Of a stretch of 64,000 bases of DNA, positions 50,753-62,985 are shown in pieces (the stretch's first letter is position 1; every line of letters starts with the position of its first letter). A model generated the notes under the pieces. The model was not told the origin of the DNA and ran no database searches. It saw only the letters and a program-made list of their open reading frames with translations. Source of the stretch: Octopus sinensis (Eukaryota). Made by a program: the position numbers and the translations under genes. The DNA lies in assembly GCF_006345805.1 (NCBI RefSeq), contig NC_042998.1, forward strand, positions 36,952,001 to 37,016,000. Direction: 5' to 3'.

Positions 50753-51420
50753 GTGTATACATATATATGCAATAATATAGACATGTATATACTCACCTGT
50801 ATGCGTATGTATTTATATATCTATATAAATACATATACACATGCACACACAAACACGCACACACACACACACGTGTACACACTCACACGCGCACACACCC
50901 ACACGCGCACATTCACTCCTGCTGACAGTTTTAATTCCATTGGCGTACATTTAAGAATCATCACAGCAACGTTCGTTATTATCGTAGAGGTTAAAAAGAA
51001 AAACGGTCACATTTGAATACGAGCATGAATGCATTCCTTTCATTTATCCTTCTTTATCTATTGAGGAATTCAATCATGTGTTATATAAAGCAGTTAAATA
51101 TTATGTAATATTTAAATTTTAAAACAAATTTGCAATAACCTTTTTTCTTATTTCTATTTTCTCAGACAATATACGCTTTCGCTTATTAACATCGGATTTG
51201 TTAAAGCTGTTGTTTTAGAACGCAGACATTACAGACTAATAGAAAATGCTTGTTTCAAAAATCAAAGACACATACAATCAATATTTTATTCATGGGAGTA
51301 GACTGTGTAAAGAAGAACCATAATGCATGAAACATGTTATAAATATGAAACACAAAGAGCACTTGTAATAAATCAATCGGAGAGGAAAACGGCAGATAAT
51401 ATATTAGAATACTATAATGT

Positions 51421-51422
51421 TA

Positions 51423-51511
<89 letters not shown>

Positions 51512-51753
51512 CTTATCTATTTATCTATCTATCTATATATCTACCTATCTATCTATCTCTTATCTATTTATCTATCTATCTATCTATTTATCTATCTATT
51601 TATACATTATCTACCTATCTATCTATCTCTTATCTATTATCTATCTATCTATATATCTACCTATCTATCTATCTCTTATCTATTTATCTATCTATCTATC
51701 TATTTATCTATCTATTTATACATTATCTACCTATCTATCTATCTCTTATCTAT

Positions 51754-51789
<36 letters not shown>

Positions 51790-52067
51790 TTATCTATCTA
51801 TCTATTTATAAATTATGTATCTATCTATCTATATATCTACCTATCTATCTATCTCTTATCTATTTATCTATCTATCTATCTATCTATCTATTTATACATT
51901 ATCTACCTATCTATCTATCTCTCTATCTATCTATTATCTATTTATCTATCTATCTATCTGCCTATCTATCTATCTCTTATCTATCTATCTATCTATTATC
52001 TATTTATCTATCTATCTATCTGCCTATCTATCTATCTCTTATCTATCTATCTATCTATCTATCTATC

Positions 52068-52147
<80 letters not shown>

Positions 52148-52153
52148 TCTATC

Positions 52154-52194
<41 letters not shown>

Positions 52195-52196
52195 AT
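51421..52196. repeat. (TATC)n microsatellite with higher-order repeat
   Basis: Variant block tatacattatctacc recurs at 51601, 51717 and 51893. Confidence 0.95.
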
Positions 52197-52429
52197 AGTT
52201 TTATGTTTGCCTGTCTATGTATTTATCTATATAAAATTCCTTCCGGTTACACAGCTATCAAACTATGTATTTACTTGACTCATACGTTTGACACCTGCAC
52301 ACACATTCTCACTCTCACGCTCACACACACACACACACACTGACACATACACACACATAAACACACATGCGCAAACACACATATATTTATGTATATATCA
52401 TCGTTGTTTTCCACGTATTCAAGAATTTA

Positions 52430-54300
52430 GTGTCCTTGCTGAGCGCTTCCTTTATGGTGATGGCATTGATGATTCTGTAGACCAATTCTTGTGTAGAAGA
52501 GTGGAAATATTGGTGGAGGATGAGGTTGACTTTTGTCTCCTATCGTTTGAATTTTTTTATTTCCTCTTCTTGTGACTTCGAAATTTTTGTCGCAGATGGT
52601 GATGGAATTCTGCAACTTGATACGGTCTAAGGATTGTTTTCCAAAAGATTTAGTCTCAAGGCCAGTGACCTTCAGTGTTGCTTTTAATTGGTCGTTTTAT
52701 CCTTGAAGAAGGCATCTCCGTAGCCTTTTCTCTGAAATGAACTCGCTGAAAAAACCCTGGTGAGGGAGTCTTGAATCTTCCATCATCGCGGCATGTTCTG
52801 GCCAACGAATATGTTCACAAGAGATCAGCGAATCAATGCTTTGAGTATTGGTTCATTTCAGAACTTCATAGTTGACTACTTAGTGTTGCCATTTGATTTT
52901 CAAGTTCGGGCGAGGCTTTTGTTAATGGAAACTTTCTAAATTTCGGATGTCGCGATGAAATAGAGTCCAGCTTTCGCAGCCATATATCAAATTTAAATGG
53001 TAACCACATTATAGACCATAATTAACGTCCAGTTTAGATCTTTGTTGTTGAAGACGTATTTGATTAGAGTTCCAAATCCCCGTATGCGGCTTCAATTCTC
53101 TGTTCCACATCCTTTTCTGATGTGCAGTTGTTTAATAAATGGCTGCCTAGATATGGAAAATGCTCTAATTGTTCGAGAGATCAGTTGATGATAACATGAA
53201 AATCTGGTAAAATGATATTTGGAGATGGCTGTGCAAGGAGCTTAGTTTTCTTGATGTTCTACCGTAAGGCCAAATCGATGGTAGACCATAGCTAAGTTTT
53301 TCAGAGACTGTTAGAGTTCTTTTGAATGACAGAAGGCAGCATTCTCACCAGCAAACTGAAGTTCTGAGTTGTGCTGCGTATGTATGTTCAGATCGCAATC
53401 AACCAAGATTGAAAAGTCCTCCATCATATCAATATATGATGTTAACTCCTAGATTGTTTGCAAGAAGTTCGTAAATCATTACAGCAAGATACAATGAAAA
53501 TAGTATAGATATATCCTTGCTTTAGTCCGGACGAGAGTGGAAAATCTTCTGACAACTTGTTTTGTTGGAATACATGTCAAGACGTCTTGTGAGGCATTGC
53601 TTGAACCAGAGAGAGAAAGTGGTAAGGATATCCGAACGATGAAGGTTATACCACATAGCAGCTCTTGGAACGCTATCGAAGGCCTTATCTAAGTCATAGA
53701 AAGAAAAAGGCAGATGCGTCTTCGTCGTTTCCTGCTTTTCTCTTGCAGAGTTGCCTGGCACAGAAACTCATCTCAACTGTGCTGCGAGAGTCACGGAATA
53801 CACATTGAGATTCCGGAAGAATCATTTCCACGATCGTCTGGAGCTAATTTAGAAGGTTCCTGGCACGACATTTCCAATGATGGAAAATAGCTATGTTTCT
53901 GCGTATTTTCCACAGGCCTTTCGTTCACCATTTTTGAAGATCATTATGATTCCACGTCATTCACTGTGTTTTGTCATGGAGAAAATTCTCATGTAGACAA
54001 ATCGTGAAAATACACCAAAACCAGTTCGCAACATCAAATATCCAGACTGTGAGAGGCAAGCATTTCGCAGCGGTTATCTCCTGTTCAGTTACAGAAACTG
54101 GAGTGGTGTGCTGAAAGCTGATAACAGAGATTGCCTCACTTATGATATTCCAGTCATCGCACAATGATTGGTAGCGCCAATCAGCGGTTCATCGCAATGA
54201 AATTACGGGATGGCAGCGCTTCCCTAGGGTTGACAATATCCATCTGGATTTTTTCTGTCGAACAAGTCCATATAACATTCGGAATAATTTCGTCAATGTT
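52430..54300 (-). mobile_element. RTE-clade (BovB-like) LINE, RT region, heavily decayed
   Basis: FYDLDKAFDSVPRAAMW (RT DLxKAFD motif), a YLGSHL/FPYLGS-type segment near 53140-53165 and a WAGH-like segment near 52790-52810. Many stops. Confidence 0.85.
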
Positions 54301-54631
54301 AGATTAATCTCATCTTTTAGGAACAGTAATTTCAATCTGCAATACGATGCTGCTTATGTTTCGTGTGAGAAGAGAAATATTTGTTCAGGAATACAAATAG
54401 ATTGATTTACCAATCAAAGAGATTAACGCCTTGCGCCCGTGCACATACATATATCCTAATTACACACCTGTTTGATTTCCGACGTCAGGTACATGGAAAT
54501 ATCGATTAAAAATTTAAAACATAATGGAGGAATATATCTGCCTGGAAGATCACACCGTAGATTTATATAATGCGTATTCGCACAAAGGAAATAAAGTTAA
54601 AAATACGAATACAAGTATTTTGGTGATTGCA

Positions 54632-54710
<79 letters not shown>

Positions 54711-54907
54711 GTATGTATGTATGTGTGTATGTGTTTGTGTATGTGTATATGTATGTATATATATTCACATGTATATATGTACGTACATATATATACATAT
54801 ATATATACATACATATATATATATATATATATGTACATACATACATATATATATATATGTATGTGTGTGTGTGTCGAATAATTACAATGAAGCATTGTGT
54901 AGAATAC

Positions 54908-55203
54908 ATTGTATAAAGGTTCGTGGGAAAGGCCAAAACAATGCAAAGTAAATGCAAGGTAAATCACAAGAAGAAAATATGTGAATTAATGTAGACTTAC
55001 CCTGTATTCAATATTTCGAGGTTATGATCCCATTTTCAAAAGGTGACGATTGTTGCAGATGTGTGTGTGGGTGTGTGTGTGAGCGTGTGTTAACCCCGAA
55101 ATATTGAATGCAAGGTAAGACTATATTTATTCACATATTAGTTTCCTTGTGATTTACCTTGCATTCACTTCGCATTGTTTTCGCCTTACCCACGATCCTT
55201 TAT

Positions 55204-55208
<5 letters not shown>
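54908..55208. repeat. Fold-back element, ~117-bp imperfect arms and 66-nt spacer with (GT)n
   Basis: attgtataaaggttcgtggg...atatttcgaggtta is mirrored by taaccccgaaatattg...cccacgatccttttatacaat. Abuts (TA)n. Confidence 0.9.
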
Positions 55209-55270
<62 letters not shown>

Positions 55271-55273
<3 letters not shown>

Positions 55274-55426
55274 AGTTCAGTAAAATTTAGATTCAGATGA
55301 ATATGGTACTTAAGTTGAAGGCACCAGAATTTAGTTTGGTAATATCCATATAATTTAAAATAAAGTGATTATAAGCAAAATAAGCAACAAGCATATCTGC
55401 ATTACCTCTGGATATCATTGTTGATT
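55271..55426. repeat. Copy of the 56511 element with its hairpin centre deleted
   Basis: Collinear with 56511-56742 except for loss of about 66 nt (equivalent to 56636-56701). Confidence 0.85.
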
Positions 55427-55439
55427 ATATATATATAGT

Positions 55440-55645
55440 TACTCAAAACAAGAAAGCACAAAAAAACACAACAACGCGAGGACGTGGAACAAATTTAGTA
55501 TTATTGGACGCTCAAGAAAGAAGGAAAGAAGGAGGATTTAATGTTTCGAGCGGAGCTCTTCGTCGGAAACATAGGAAAAGGAAAGATCCACAGAAGGGAA
55601 AACAGAGGGAAAAAAAATCGCCAACGGTACACACGAGGTCACATT
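55440..55645 (-). mobile_element. Penelope-like terminal fragment with eroded hammerhead
   Basis: Minus 55570-55536: GTTT-CCGACGA-A-GAGC-TCC-GCTC-GAAAC-AT-T-AAAT. A partial reverse-orientation relative lies at about 19045-19140. Confidence 0.6.
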
Positions 55646-55949
55646 ATATATTTATAATGTTAAAGTGACACTAATGATTCTCTCGGATTGGAACTTAGTA
55701 ATAGAACTAAAAATGTACGGTCCGCATAAAACTGCAAGCATGCAAGCTACAAGAAGCACCCAGTACCTCTCCAGCCTGAATTTTCACAAAGCTGAATCGA
55801 AGGATATTGCGAATGAGGCCTACCAATTTCTCTATGAAAGATATTGACATAAAGCTACAGCACTTTAGGATAATCATGCTTGGCATATGCAGTATATTTG
55901 CTTCAGATAGAACGTGAAACCAAAAGAAAAATATAATCCTCAGGGATTC

Positions 55950-56440
55950 TAATGAGACGATGATAAAAAAATCTCAAACTGTCTTAATGGGCCAGTAAAG
56001 GATAGCAAAGGACCCTGTCTCAAACAAATATTGCCGGAGATCGAAAATGAAGTCAAAACTCCTATGAAACGGAGACGGTGGACAAAGAAGCCAGGGCTGT
56101 CAAAAATAGAAAGATAAATCGTAAAGCCGTCTATAGGTTTGCAAATGAATTTCCTTCTGTACGGTAAAGGATAGGGTCACTGCTCGAATAAGACGGCTCA
56201 TCGACATGCTTGATGAATTCTTCGGCACCACAGCTCTACACAAAAGATGGCAGTTATGGATAACATCAAATTAGAGGAAACATGTAATATCAGCCATTGA
56301 TGAAATTAGACCAAATTCAGCCACAGGCCTTGTGGGATTCCTAGTAGTCCTGCTGAAGAAATACAAAGGAGCACTAGCAGAACAGCTACACATTTTCTCC
56401 CAGATCCTTTTCACAACTGGGAAGATGAAATTTGCGATTT
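55950..56440 (+). mobile_element. CR1-group LINE internal fragment, decayed
   Basis: VISAIDEIRPNSATGLVGFLVVLLKKYKGALAEQLHIF resembles the KxxSAxGPDGFPxxLLK region upstream of RT. Confidence 0.7.
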
Positions 56441-56510
56441 GTAAGATGAAATTTCCTTACTCTGTACAGGGAGATCTTAATCCATTCAACATCTTTTGAT
56501 ATATATATAT

Positions 56511-56736
56511 AATTTCAGTAAAATGTAGATTCAGATGACTATGGTACTTAAGTTAAAGGCACCAGAATTTAGTATGGCATTATCCATATAATTCAAAATA
56601 GGGTGACTATAATCAAAATAAGCAACAAGGATATCCAAGGTAGTGTAGTACAATCGTTTCATGCGATTTCATTTAAATGGAATCGCATGAAACGATCCTA
56701 CTGCATTACCTATGGATATCCTTGTTGCTTAATTCG

Positions 56737-56742
<6 letters not shown>
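56511..56742. repeat. Element ending in a ~67-bp-arm hairpin with no loop (centre CATTT|AAATG)
   Basis: 56608-56674 pairs with 56675-56742 with a few mismatches, mostly G-T. Flanked by (TA)n. Confidence 0.9.
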
Positions 56743-56782
<40 letters not shown>

Positions 56783-58093
56783 TATATGTATATGCCTGCA
56801 TATTCAATTATATATTGTCATTTATGGAATATTAATTTTATAAGCATAAATGAGATTCTGATTCTACAACAAAACACCGTTTCATGGAATGGTTGACCTA
56901 GACTGTTGAATACAACCGAACTTAAGTGTCTGTGACAAAAAACCCAAAGCTATTCTTCAAAGGATTACGTTGGAAATTTACATTTTTCAAAAATCTGTTG
57001 CATTTCAAAATGGCGAGAAAATTCAGTTTTTAAATGAAGGAAACGTTTTTGAAATGGCTTTTATAACCATGTGAAGAGGATCGTTTCCATTGTGTCAACT
57101 CTTATCAATTTCAGACAAATATCAACGCATTTCATCAAGATGTTAGAAAAAAGATAAGATGTGCTGACAATCAGCAACAAATATTTTCATAAATTTAGAT
57201 AAAATATAAACAAACTTCTCACAGGATATCAGCAGCCATATCATCAATCCCTTTGACTTTTAATCGCAAATCGATATAAAAACAAAATGAGGTTTTGTAA
57301 ACGACAACAAGAGGACAGATGAAAATTGAAACAGATCATGACGCAGATAATATATCTGATGTACTTGTCAGGCAGGAAACATATTTTTACACTTGAAGTT
57401 CATTTACTGATATCACAACCTTGTAACACACGAACTAATCGTTCTAAATCAAATACTTATGGAGTATATTGATAAAAATATATAAAAATTTTACTTTAGC
57501 TACAACGAAGGTGAGTTCACAGTTACCTGTTTGCGTAAATACAAACTCAATACTACATTATTTTAAATGGTAATAACATCTACGATTTTCGACAAATTGA
57601 TTTAGAAAATTATACCTATAATCAGAATACTTGTTGGCTTACTATTTCGAGAGGAAGCAATCTTACTTGTCAATATCTGCTATTCTATAACAAATCTATA
57701 ACGATATCACAAAGCGTATACCGTTCTTGTGTTAATTTCTGTTGAAATGCTTCATCGAATATCGATATGTTTCTAGATAACAGATTTTAAATTTATTTTT
57801 TATAAGCTAGATGTTTATTTATGGATATTGTGGCAATAAACAGTTATAATTATGGTGTGATGCCTGCCTGCAAATTGCTGAGGATTTTGTACAAACCTCA
57901 ATGACTTGTAAAACTGCAAGTTTCTCAATAAGAGTTGAAGATTATAACGAAGATTTCAACTTCATTGTTATTATGTGGAAGAAAGGAAAATCTCAACATG
58001 CATTTTGCAAAAACCCGACAAGCATGTTCAATAAATTTATTAATCATTCAATCATTCGAAGAGTCCTGTAAACATTAATAGTTATCACCAAGC

Positions 58094-58534
58094 TAATATG
58101 GTAGTCCAGAAATATAGGACGAATGCTGTCGTTCATTAGCTCCAAGACGCCATCGCCTCTTTAGAGAGCCTGTGTCCATTATAAACTTCGAACAGGGGAG
58201 GTCAGCCGCTTCCCATTGCTGGTCAGGCATCTGCAGACTAGTTTCAGGGTATTTGCCCCTTATCAATGCAGAGCAGCCGAACCCAGCAGGCGTCGCTACT
58301 AAGCGTCTGTTCGAGGGATTATTTACCTAAATTCAGTGAAATACATCCACTGGTTTTCAAAAATAGAAATATTATTATTTCTAAGTCTCTCTAAAGGAGA
58401 CTACGGTAGCGGTACTGGATATTTATAATTATCGCGAAGAGGCGATGACCTCTGGAGCTAATCAACGGCAGCATTCGCCCTATATTTCTGGACTGCCATA
58501 TTAGAGAGACTTAGAAATATTAATATTTCTATTT
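58094..58534 (-). mobile_element. Penelope-like relic with interlocked inverted repeats and eroded hammerhead
   Basis: IR A 58094-58161 / A' 58437-58503; IR B 58360-58393 / B' 58502-58534. Minus 58271-58231: CTGCA-TTGATAA-GGGG-CAAATA-CCCT-GAAAC-TA-GT-C-TGCAG. Confidence 0.7.
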
Positions 58535-58682
58535 AGTCATATAAATATTTTAGTGAAATAAATAATTTAAAGACCACTCATTAGTTATTTAGTTCATTTT
58601 CATTAAGCAATAATTCCCCCCATTTACTTAGATATGGCCTTGTATTTATTATAGTATTATATCGCATTATATTTATTACCAA

Positions 58683-59070
58683 AGGCGGCAAGCTGGCAGA
58701 ATGATTAGCACGCCGGGCGAAATGCGTAGCCGTATTTCGTCTGCCGTTACGTTCTGAGTTCAAATTCCGCCGAGGTCGACTTTGCCTTTCATCCTTTCGG
58801 GGTCGATTAAATATGTACCAGTTACGCACTGGGATCGATGTAATCCACTTAATCCGTTTGTCTGAGCTTGTTTGTCCCCTCTGCGTTTAGCCCCTTGCGG
58901 GTGGTAATGAAATAGGCATTTCGTCTGCCGTTACGTTCTGAGTTCAATTTACGTCGAGGTCGACTTTACATTTCAGAGTCGATAAGTTTTGTATCAGTTG
59001 CCTAATGGGGTCGATCTAATCGACTGCCCCCTCCCCTAGAATTTCGGGCCTTGTGCCTACAGTAGAAACG
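58683..59070 (+). mobile_element. SINE family A dimer with probable 13-bp TSD
   Basis: Head+body+tailA, then headless body+tailB. attatatttatta (58666-58678) vs attatatctatta (59071-59083). Confidence 0.92.
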
Positions 59071-59804
59071 ATTATATCTATTATGGAATCTACGCATATA
59101 GGTAAGTGATAAATGCAAAGTTAGAAAATTAAGAAGTGTTGCGCATTTAATAGATTCATTTCATTGTTTAATCTCGAGCAAATGCAACTCAATTAACCAT
59201 CGTTATATAATTGTTGAACTTGCCACATACAATTACACTTTATTTATTACATTAATTTATTTAGTATTAGTTCTTGATTTCAATTCTATTAGAGTGTTCT
59301 TCAGAAAAGGAAGAAAACAAAGAATGGACAATTTTCGCCTGCTTATATTTCTTAATAATTTATGTTTACTAAAAAGTACAAACTCAATATCCTATGACAA
59401 CTATATACCCAATGTGAAAACGCCAATGTAAGAAAACGCAATTCATTCACTAAAAAGGATTAGAAGCAACAGACATAAATGAAAAATTTGAAATAACCGT
59501 CTGTGTTAGAGATTCGAAATCGTGACTTCAAACTACTGTACAATCACACCTTGCGCCTTATCAAACACCATGCGCTGATATCACCCTTGGCAACAGAGAG
59601 AGATAAAGATATAGTGAGAGAGATAGAGAGAGAGAGAAATAGGGAGAGAGAGAGATGTTGGGGACGGGGTGGGAAAATTGAATGTAAGATACAGAGATAA
59701 AAACACAAATAACTCAAAAGACAGAACTCGAATAAATGGTTGTTGCTGAAAATGCTGCTAGTTTTTGAAGATCGCAGTAACATGATTTATAAATGTAATT
59801 TACA

Positions 59805-60096
59805 AATCACGTAATCACGTGACCGACCAGGCCATCAGATGTTGCTACACATCGCTGGTCACAATGCGTTCGCATTGTTTTAGCCTTCGAATGACGCCAC
59901 CCCGCTAGCTAAGCGAGCAGGCCAACAGAAGAAAAAGTGAGAGAAAGAGTGGTGAAAGAGCACAGCAGGGATCACCACCCCCTGCCGGAGCCTCGTGGAG
60001 CTTTAAGGTGTTTTCGCTCAATAAACACACACAACGCCCGGTCTGGGAATCGAAACCGCGAGTTCGCTTCCCTAAGCACTAGGCCATTGCGCCTCC
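59805..60096 (-). mobile_element. SINE family C, full length
   Basis: Reverse complement of the 24261 family. Tail ggtcacgtgattacgtgatt; the tRNA-like head is shortened relative to the 24261 copy. Confidence 0.9.
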
Positions 60097-60202
60097 AATT
60101 TACAAATAAAAGGTATTATATTAGAATATTTTTGTCATGTGGATTCCATTGCGCGTACACTCACATATAGTCATACACACACACACACATATATATATCT
60201 AA

Positions 60203-60388
60203 AAGTTTCGTCTGATGTTATGTTCTGAGTTCAAACTCCTCCGAGGTCGACTTTGCCTTTCATCCTTTCGGGGTCGATTAAATAAGTACCAGTTACGCAC
60301 TGGGGTCGATGTAGTCCGCTTTATTCCTTCTGTGTGTCCTTGTTTGCCCCCCCCCTATGTTTAGCCCCTTTTGGCCAATAAAGAAATA
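60203..60388 (+). mobile_element. Headless SINE family A copy
   Basis: Begins at tttcgtctg, the same point as the second units of the dimers; body and tail A are intact. Confidence 0.88.
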
Positions 60389-61420
60389 TATATATTTATG
60401 AGTTTATAGCTCAATATTCAGTTGAATATTTGCCACTACGGATGCCAAACAGAAATAGTAAAAATTCCTTCAGTAGACTAGATATGATAAAACATTCTTA
60501 GAGAATATAAGAATTGGTCGCAATTTTTACTAGCACCCTGTGTATTACCAACTCACTGTAGTATGTATAATTAATTAATATGCTGCCCGTAATGCCATCC
60601 CATTTTACAATTAGAAATAGAGAAATAACTAAATTCATAATCAATATATAATACACAGGCAAAAATATATACAGAAGAGTGTAAACACAAGAAAACAAAT
60701 ACATTCCATATCGAATTACAATTTTTCTTTGGGATATAAAGAATAAAAACCAGTTTTTATTTCGTTATAGGTTTGTATTTTATATCGGTTGTTGTGTGTT
60801 TTGCATAAAGCTAGTCGCTAGTCGATATAATTGAATTTTTCTAACGTATTCAATGCGCATGTATTCATGCCTTATGCCTCACAGTAGCAACTTCCCTTCA
60901 TTGAATTCTGCGGAACATTTTACTTGATGGCTGCGCTATATTATCTTGAGTTAGAAGCTACGAAGTATATCAAGCTTCAGATATAATGAGTGCTGAAATT
61001 CTTCACAATATTTAATTGTATCAACGCGTTTTGAATATTATTTTATTGAATATCATCTGATTTCTCGTGTTCAGTGCCGTTTACATCAAAGTGACGAGGG
61101 TAAAAGGGTTCCTTGTTTTCTCCCCACACTTAAATATATTCATTTTGTATTAATTGAAAATTGGTATTTACACAGGGATAGGACTGCAATTAACAGCTTT
61201 CTTAAAGGTCTGTTTGTTTAATTTATGATATCATAGGTTAATTAACCTCTGCTGAGGCACTGAGGTTAAATTTGCCTTCTATTCTTTTCGAAGTTGACAA
61301 AATAAGCACCAGCTGAAAGCTAGAGTCATTGTAAAAGATGTACCGCCACCACCGGAGAGGTTACCAGCATTGTCCGAAAAATTTGAAGTCAACAATGTTA
61401 AGCCACTGGACGACAATATA

Positions 61421-61885
61421 TACGTGGTCTGATCATTAAATATCTGGATTAGTGCCTTAGTAACGCAGATAAAGCATGCAAAGTGAAGCTGCTTAGCACA
61501 CATTGACCTTAACCTCTGTCATGCATGCGCACAACGTTTTGACATTCTAGCTCACTTCAGTTGTTTACAGCACTGCTTGGAAGTAACGTGGGTAGCATGT
61601 ATTCATTGCATTGACCATGACAGAGAAAGTCGAGCAGAGAATAGGCATCAAATTTTGCCAAAAAATTGGCAATACCTGTTCAAAGACATACACAAAGTTT
61701 TCGAAAACGTTTTCATCGTTCTCGCCACAATCAGTGAGATCTTGTGCAACTGAAGACCAAGAGTCCCTTTGGTCTGCTGAAAGCTGTTTCGGCACAAACT
61801 TAGCAGACACGTGTCTCATAGACAAATTTTCAGTGATAATGAATCGAACCGTAACTAATATGCACATCCTCTGACAACTCAAGGA
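61421..61885 (+). mobile_element. Mariner relic: left TIR and N-terminus, followed by an inverted internal segment
   Basis: TA-cgtggtctgatcattaaatatctgga TIR-like start. Plus strand MTEKVEQRIGIKFCQKIGNTCSKTY; minus strand IITENLSMRHVSAKFVPKQLSADQRD (WVPK-like motif). Confidence 0.88.
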
Positions 61886-62895
61886 TGGTTATCAATATTC
61901 ACGCAGATTTTTTTTGTTCAATTTTAAATTATAACATATAGACCTGTATGTTGCATAATTCCGTCGACATTTAATGGGGATTTAGTTTTGCATTTTGAGG
62001 GCACTAACTGAATATAGAGCGTTAGATGTAGAAAGAATGCTAATATAATAAATTTAGTGAGAGATAATATACACGCAGAATTAGCATTAAACTGTTATTG
62101 CAGCTATAATTAATATTTCTATCACTGATTTTCCCGCCCTTCAACCAAATCTCTTTACGATATTTCATTTTCAAACCACGCACCTCTAATTTGCACATTT
62201 GCATTCACATTTCATTGTAATTGATTGCTATTTCGGAAATTTGGCGAAATATTTCATATTTGGGATGCAAAGCATTCAATATATTGCAATGGTCGCCTAC
62301 ATTTGTCTGTAAGTTTACATTTGCCTTCTTAAACTAATCCTTTGTGTCCTTTTCAACGGATTCTTACGCAACGTTCAACATAACTTCCGACTACGAGAAA
62401 AGACAGCAGATACATTATTCAAGTTCATTTTTATTGCGGTAAATTAGAAATAATGTGAACATGGTAGGAGCTAAATCGCATATTATTACGCAATAAGCAG
62501 GCGCTGATCTAATTAATCTCAGTGCTGCACCCTATAATAATTTGTTTCACACGTGTTGCATTCACATTACATATGAGTTTCTATCGATGTTGCAAACAGG
62601 TCTCAATTACTACATTTCTGCTAGGTTGGACCTATTATGTAATGATGTAATTCTTTCTGTTCATCCGGCCATGCCTGTTCAAGATCAGGCTACGTTTATA
62701 TGTGCAGGACAAATGTGTGCACAACCATTGTATTTATTGCATATGCAATTGAAATATCTTAAAGAAATACGTTATCACGTTACACAAGTATCGGCTTCCA
62801 TTTTATATCATTGGTACCATTTTTATTCCTCTACTAATCATGACTAATTCTATGTAAAACACGAATTATCTTTCAGAGAGTCTAAAAAACCAAGG

Positions 62896-62964
<69 letters not shown>

Positions 62965-62985
62965 TGCGTGTGTGTGTGTGTGCGT
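62896..62985. repeat. (GT)n microsatellite
   Basis: Direct inspection. Confidence 0.95.

Noticed and set aside
55285-55335. CAGATGA...TGGT/ACCA-GAAT in the 55.27 and 56.51 kb elements
   Set aside because: Both copies have CAGATGA and no stem I, so a hammerhead cannot be supported.
61290-61420. Plus-strand frame KARVIVKDVPPPPERLPALSEKFEVNNVKPLDDNI
   Set aside because: An in-frame TGA follows the only strong acceptor, and no family is recognised.
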